A DNA stretch of 55,258 nt, filler included, from Sphacelaria rigidula (taxonomy: Eukaryota), in assembly GCA_964200075.2 (NCBI GenBank). It is 4 parts of 4 records of this genome, joined end to end, with 100 filler letters (N's around TTAATTAATTAA, not from the genome) between each part and the next. Parts side by side here need not be neighbours in the genome. Positions count along the whole stretch, not along the records: positions 41,521 to 55,258 come from CAXNAA020002695.1; 3 more parts are not named here. One strand, 5' to 3'. The notes below the pieces were generated by a model, which saw only the letters and a program-made list of their open reading frames with translations, made no database searches and was not told where the DNA came from. Every line of letters starts with the position of its first letter. The first letter of the stretch is position 1. A program made the translations under genes and the position numbers. Of this stretch, positions 49,888 to 55,258 are shown piece after piece.

Positions 49888-52535
49888 GACGATAAAAACT
49901 CGACTGTTGGTTTGATTTAAACACTTGAGCAACAGATGCACAAACAACCGCCAGTGAAGACGGGAAAGTACATAGTTTCTCTTCGATGGGTGAATCAACC
50001 ACATTATGAGATGGCATACCGACCAGGGGAGACCTCAAATACGCACCAGCCGATTATCCCTTTGGCCCCCAGGGGGGGTAATCTGAGTGTCAGGCTTGTG
50101 GTGATCATTTGATCGAACTGTTCCAATTCAAGAGATGATTCATCATGGCGGTCGAAGAACGTGAGCTTGACAAGTATGCTACCCAAGTAGGGCAAGTGCC
50201 CGTCCCCCGTGTTCAGTTGATGGTGAAGAGCACGCTGGAGGGTCAAGAAATCAATTTCATGTTGCGGGGCACACCTTCGTGTAGATAGCCCTCTCGGTCC
50301 AGGTTTCCGTAGAGTTGCACTACATCTATTGCTATCATCCCGTATGCAGATAGAACCCGCGGATGTGAATGCATTTTTTCCTGCCGAAATCAGAAGACAA
50401 CAATGGTGGACACTTTACTCGCAGAATCTCATGCATTCTTACACTCGCCGTCTAATCGGGGTTTTCACTTATTTTGGAATGATTCGCTGACACGTGAAGA
50501 ATGGGAGCATTATACGTAGCACACATCGCGAGTAAGTGCAGGAGTACGGTAACCTAAACCACACTGCATGAATGATTTTTTTTACTTACCCTCTGCGTGA
50601 GTGAAATAATCCAACAACTGCTCAGGGTGGTGGCGGCATAGTTTTGGATCCACGGAACGTTCGTGGTTCATGATTATTTGGTACTGCCGTGCGCGGCTCA
50701 CTCTTGACGTACCAAGATTCAGTCAACTTCTGTCTCCTCATCCTGTTCAGTATACTGCATGCTTATTTTTGTCCGTTAAATGCGCAGGTGACATGTTCAT
50801 CGGCGGATACCCTTCGTTCAAATATAGCGATTCCACTGCGGATAGCGAGAAGGATAGAGAGACAAGACATGGCAGAAGTACATCTGGCGGTGCCGAGGAA
50901 ATTTGAGATTCTACCCATCTTAAACCAAGCCGTGATTGCTTTAGATCCCCACAGTAGGAGCGCAACTGCGAGGTACTGTAGTTACGATGTTCATGTCACC
51001 TGCTTCGGCGATGAAGCACCAGACGACAAGGAGTGATGCAGCAGCAGACATGTCCTGACACCCCTCGGGGCTCTGGTTCGCGTCAGTGATGTTTGCGTCC
51101 ACTGCCGTGGAGACGTTGGCGCCATGGAAGTTTGGTTTTCCAGACCTTTATGGGCGCCCCGAACTCCCAGTCGGAGCCAGACCTGCCTTCGCCCATCGTG
51201 CAGTGTAAGAAGCTAAGTAGCGAGGTAATATATGCATTACCCCGACGGCAGTGGTCAGTCCTGTGCTTGGTCGATTTTTTTCCGATCTTCAATTGAAGGG
51301 TGCGTCTTGTTTTGTTTTTGCCGGATTGTTGTTTGCATCTTACCTGGACATGTGTGTACTCGGGAAAACCGGCGGATTTTCTGCAAGTGTCGATTTATCG
51401 CGCGACCGCTTCAACAATATACTGATGACCGTTGATCCTGATTAATGCGCTTTTTTGTTGTGGTTGTGCCGTGTAGTTTGTGTTTTATCTTCTGCGACCG
51501 ATAAATCTACTGTCGGGATTCAAGGTTTCCTCTGTCGTACGCGAGAAAATGATTGTCCGTGCACCTCACGCGTGAGGTTCATTGAGACACATTGAGACAC
51601 ATGGTGAGACCGACCGTGATGCTCACTCACGTGTGTACCGCACCATTCCGGCTTCCATCATCATCGGTGCCGATAGCCGATGTCTTGTGTCAGCGTTCAG
51701 TAAATTGCGGTCGACCGTCTGCCATGAACCTGTCCACATGTGCCTAGCCAGTATGCGCTCTTCACAATGCTCCTGGTTTCCATCAGGGCTCACGGCGTTA
51801 TATAGTTACTACTAGTACCAGGTCCCTTGACTCTTCCTTGCTTGTCACGCATAATATATACTAAGGACGCCTGTGTCTCAGTGCCAGTATGTGGCCCAAC
51901 TCGTCGGGCGCGCGGCCGCCTTGTGGAACAATATCACCGGGTGCCCTTAGATGCCAGTACTCCGTATCCAGTACAGCAGCTTCTCCCTATTTGCAAGGGG
52001 CAGCTCCGACGACGTCATACCGTGTATTCCTCATGGCCCCGAACCATTGGCTCCCGTTCAATGTGTGAAATGTCGTGCGTCACCTGCTCTTTTTGTTGAT
52101 CTACGGCCGATCTCTGGCATTCCACGCCCAAGATATTTCCCCACGGCATGGGCGTTTTGACATGACTAGGCGGGAACGACTTCGGATACTGTGTTGATGG
52201 GCAAAATGAAATCATATTAGGTTCTTGACATCGAGGACGACAAGCTCTGGCCTTTTGCACTCTCGATCTGAACGAGTGCCGATTTGGTCCATGCGCCGAG
52301 AACATCCGCTGGAGCACCTGCTTGTGGGAATGATACACTCGTACCGTGTCCTACTATTCAATGCAACGTCCACCGTGATTATATACATCCGTCAAATTTC
52401 AGTCGCCGTCAAGAAAACGAGACACCAATTTCGTAGATCGAACTCTTTGAAGAGATTGCTCACCTTTGTTGCGGCGGTCGAATCGAGGCTTTCATCACGG
52501 TGTACTCTTGGTGTCATTCTGGGTTGAACCAGATA

Positions 52536-53111
52536 CAGTGCCGGCCCGCACTTGAGAATATGGCAGTTAAGAATTTGATGCTAAAAAAAATCAAGACATA
52601 ATAATGTACCCCTAAGAACACGTGCTCAGATTGAATGTGCTGTGAAGAACAAGAACACACACTTGAGGTGTACCGCTGATGCTACAGGTAACAACAAGAG
52701 TAACGTGGCGGCTGCGAGATAAGAACATTCGCAGGGAGAGGGGGCGATCCCACTATTGGATTTGGGAGGGGGCTGGGTGTGTTGAGTGGGTGCATCGGGC
52801 GTATTTCTACCCGCACGGGCAGATTCCCTGAACGTACCCCCAAACTAGAAACAGTTCCGGAGCACGTTTGAGCAGACCCGCCGGTCCGACTAACACATTT
52901 TTGAAAGCACCAAAGTACGTCGTTATATGATACGCAAACCAATAATAGAGCAATCGGTGTTGAAATAAGAACAAGAACGCCATTTCTGGAGGAAAACTGG
53001 ACGACGAAATACAAACTTGGCAAATAAGAACTGATGCTAGGGTTGGGGCAGCCAACAAGAACCGAGCCTCGTTCACAATAGGAGGTTCTCAAGTGCGAGC
53101 CGGCACTACTG
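52536..53111. mobile_element. Tc1/mariner-like MITE (TA TSD, CAGT termini)
   Basis: TA|CAGTGCCGGCCCGCACTTGAGAA ... TTCTCAAGTGCGAGCCGGCACT(ACT)G|TA. Confidence 0.75.
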
Positions 53112-54075
53112 TACTGCAAATTCATTTCAGGACGTGCTATTTTGGGCCTCGGTAAGGCGCGATCAAACAGAAGATATCCCCGCCAACGCGCTGACCAACA
53201 TCGTTCAGTTCCATGAGACCGCAATTTAAACACCCCTATGGTTAGGGTTAGGGTTAGTGTTGGGGTTAGGGTCAGGAGCGTGGTACCCGTAGGGACGTGC
53301 CCGATTGGTTTTGAAAAGCGTCGATCCTGAGGTGTTTTGAACTGCGGCGCGGTCCTCTAAGCACGCGGTCCTCTCACGCATTACACCCGGCAAACACTGT
53401 GGACTCGTTTACAATCAGGTGGAGAACTTAACACGGGACATGTCCTCTTTCACTGTACTGCGGCACGAACACACCCACGTCCGCTCTCATGTGCTGTAGC
53501 TATCACTATTTTGTGGTGTGTTTAGACCTTGCGAAAACGGTCTGGTGTCCGATGAGATTGCCTGAGCTGCTGCATATTGCTGTGTCCGTCTTTGTAAAAT
53601 ATAGTATCAGTCGGGACGAGGTGCCGTCTACACGCTTCCGACTCTTCATGTTACCCAGACCCATCATTTGTCATTTGCGCGATACCGAATATCATATAGC
53701 TGGGTAAAGACACACAGCCAGCGTCGGTATGCAGCGCTCGACCGACTGGGCCAGACCGCGTTCTCTCATGAAAGGAGCGATCCACAGCATAGTGCGGATT
53801 CACTGCACCGCCGGGGTACTGTTTGCACCCATCAGCATGGCTGTCGCTGCCGCTGGCAACGGCGCCAGCACTCGCGGCCACGGAAAGACACAGCCAGCCA
53901 TACCAGGATTAGGATATACCGATTCACGAGCATCGCAATGACGCCCTGCGTCGGCAATGTACCGCTCGCTGTTTATTCGTCTGCTTGCAGCTTCGCCCCT
54001 CTGCTTCTGTTCCATCCGTCCTGGCGCTAATAATGTTCACTCCTTCACTGTAGTACGTACACGACAACAGGTAAT

Positions 54076-54490
54076 GCCGGTCGCCACGGTGGCTCAGTTG
54101 GCAAACCTCGAAACCTTCTGATGGTTGGGTTGTGGGTTCGAATCTCTGAACGTTTCTCACACAATGCCCAACGGAAGAGAGCGACTATGTCGTGGGTACA
54201 CAAAATTCGACTCCACGGTCGACAAGGGAAAGGGACCGCTGAACCCCTCTCGCGATAAAAAAATAAGGCGAGTACCGCAGGAGGAAGGTGGAGTTCTGAA
54301 ATAAAAGAAAGAAGAAAAAACGCCTGTGTTGGTCATCTTCCTGTGTGACCCCGGATGATCCGCCCACATATATATACCGAAAAAGGTGTAGACTGGCGTC
54401 CAGGATAGATGGGGTGACAACACACGCACTGCAGGTGTGACTCGAGTGTGCGAGCCAATGACGAGCATTTTTCACTGCATAATAATTCAC
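54076..54490 (+). mobile_element. tRNA-derived SINE family B
   Basis: GGTGGCTCAGTTGG A box and GGTTCGAATC B box; homologous to 41230-41420. The 3' end is approximate (ATAATAAT at ~54479-54487). Confidence 0.8.
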
Positions 54491-54752
54491 TACGAAGGTC
54501 GCATTTCATTGGCGCTAGACTCCGCTGCTTCCTTACCGAAGGGCCTCGGTTTGGTTGAACTTCATATTTCACAACAGACAGGCTGATTCATGCTCATCAC
54601 CCAAACTTGTGTCATCAGCAGATACCTTTCGCAATACCTACCCAATAGTCGCATACATGGTATCATACTGACCGCCATGGACAGCTGAAGAGCGTGACAT
54701 GGCCGAATTTGAGTGTAAGGCCATAATTGTAGCGCTAAAGGTATATATATCA

Positions 54753-54963
54753 TGTAATGCGTGAGAGGACCGCGAGCTTAGACGACCGCGCCGTAGTTCA
54801 AACTACCTCAGGGTCGACGTTTTTCAAACCGAATCGGGCCAGTCCCTGCAGGTACCACGCTCCTGACTATATACCTAACAGTAACCCTGACCCCAACCCT
54901 GACCATGAGGATATCCAAATTCCGATGCGGTCCTCAAAGCACGCGGTACTCTCACGCATTATA
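54753..54963. mobile_element. ~210-bp TIR element carrying telomere-like (CCCTAA)n variants
   Basis: TIR TAATGCGTGAGAG.ACCGCG.GCTT.GA.GACCGC at both ends. A reverse-oriented copy at ~53213-53385 has GGTTAGGGTTAGGGTTAG, and a third copy starts at 55224 (contig end). Confidence 0.8.
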
Positions 54964-55258
54964 TATATATATATCGTCCGATCAGCGCCCGTCAAATTGT
55001 TCCGAGATCGACACGAATTCCAAGTCCAATTTTCACCCAATCTCCGCATGCTTCAAATCATAGTAACCGTCATCGGCTCGGGAATCTAACGAAAAAAACA
55101 TGTTTGATAACGGTTACTACGGGGTCGAATTATACCCGAAACCGTGATGTTTCGGTGATGTCGGGTGTTGGCGCCGTCTAATATCCACTAATGATACATA
55201 CGAAAGACCCTCGTGACGGTGTCTGTAATGCGTGAGAGGACTGCGTGCTTAGAGGACC

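Overview
Eukaryotic, repeat-rich, intron-rich DNA of roughly 50% GC. Short GT-AG exons, kb-scale introns, TTAGGG tracts and the gene content suggest a stramenopile, probably a brown alga; that assignment is inference. The window is not contiguous. It is four contigs (1-13741, 13842-27581, 27682-41420, 41521-55258; 13741/13740/13739/13738 bp, i.e. size-sorted) joined by artificial 100-bp N/TTAATTAATTAA spacers, so adjacency across spacers means nothing. Two host genes are supported by phase-compatible spliced exons: three 3' exons of an NAD-dependent glycerol-3-phosphate dehydrogenase (minus strand, 28522-32631) and four exons encoding an Smr domain, probably the C-terminus of a PPR-SMR-type protein (plus strand, 47367-49694). 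The rest is mostly transposon-derived: a decayed LINE reverse transcriptase, an intron-containing PIF/Harbinger transposase pseudogene, tRNA-headed SINE families, many MITE/foldback elements and tandem repeats. The best leads are (i) an inverted duplication inside the Harbinger transposase forming a 117-bp hairpin (possible natural silencing trigger), (ii) degenerate, codon-conserving 'ghost' copies of exons inside introns of both host genes, (iii) a shared AGTGCGACA 3' terminus in otherwise different short retroposons, and (iv) a 2.6-kb TIR element with a 5-bp TSD and unrecognised cargo. Most ORFs in the supplied track appear spurious.
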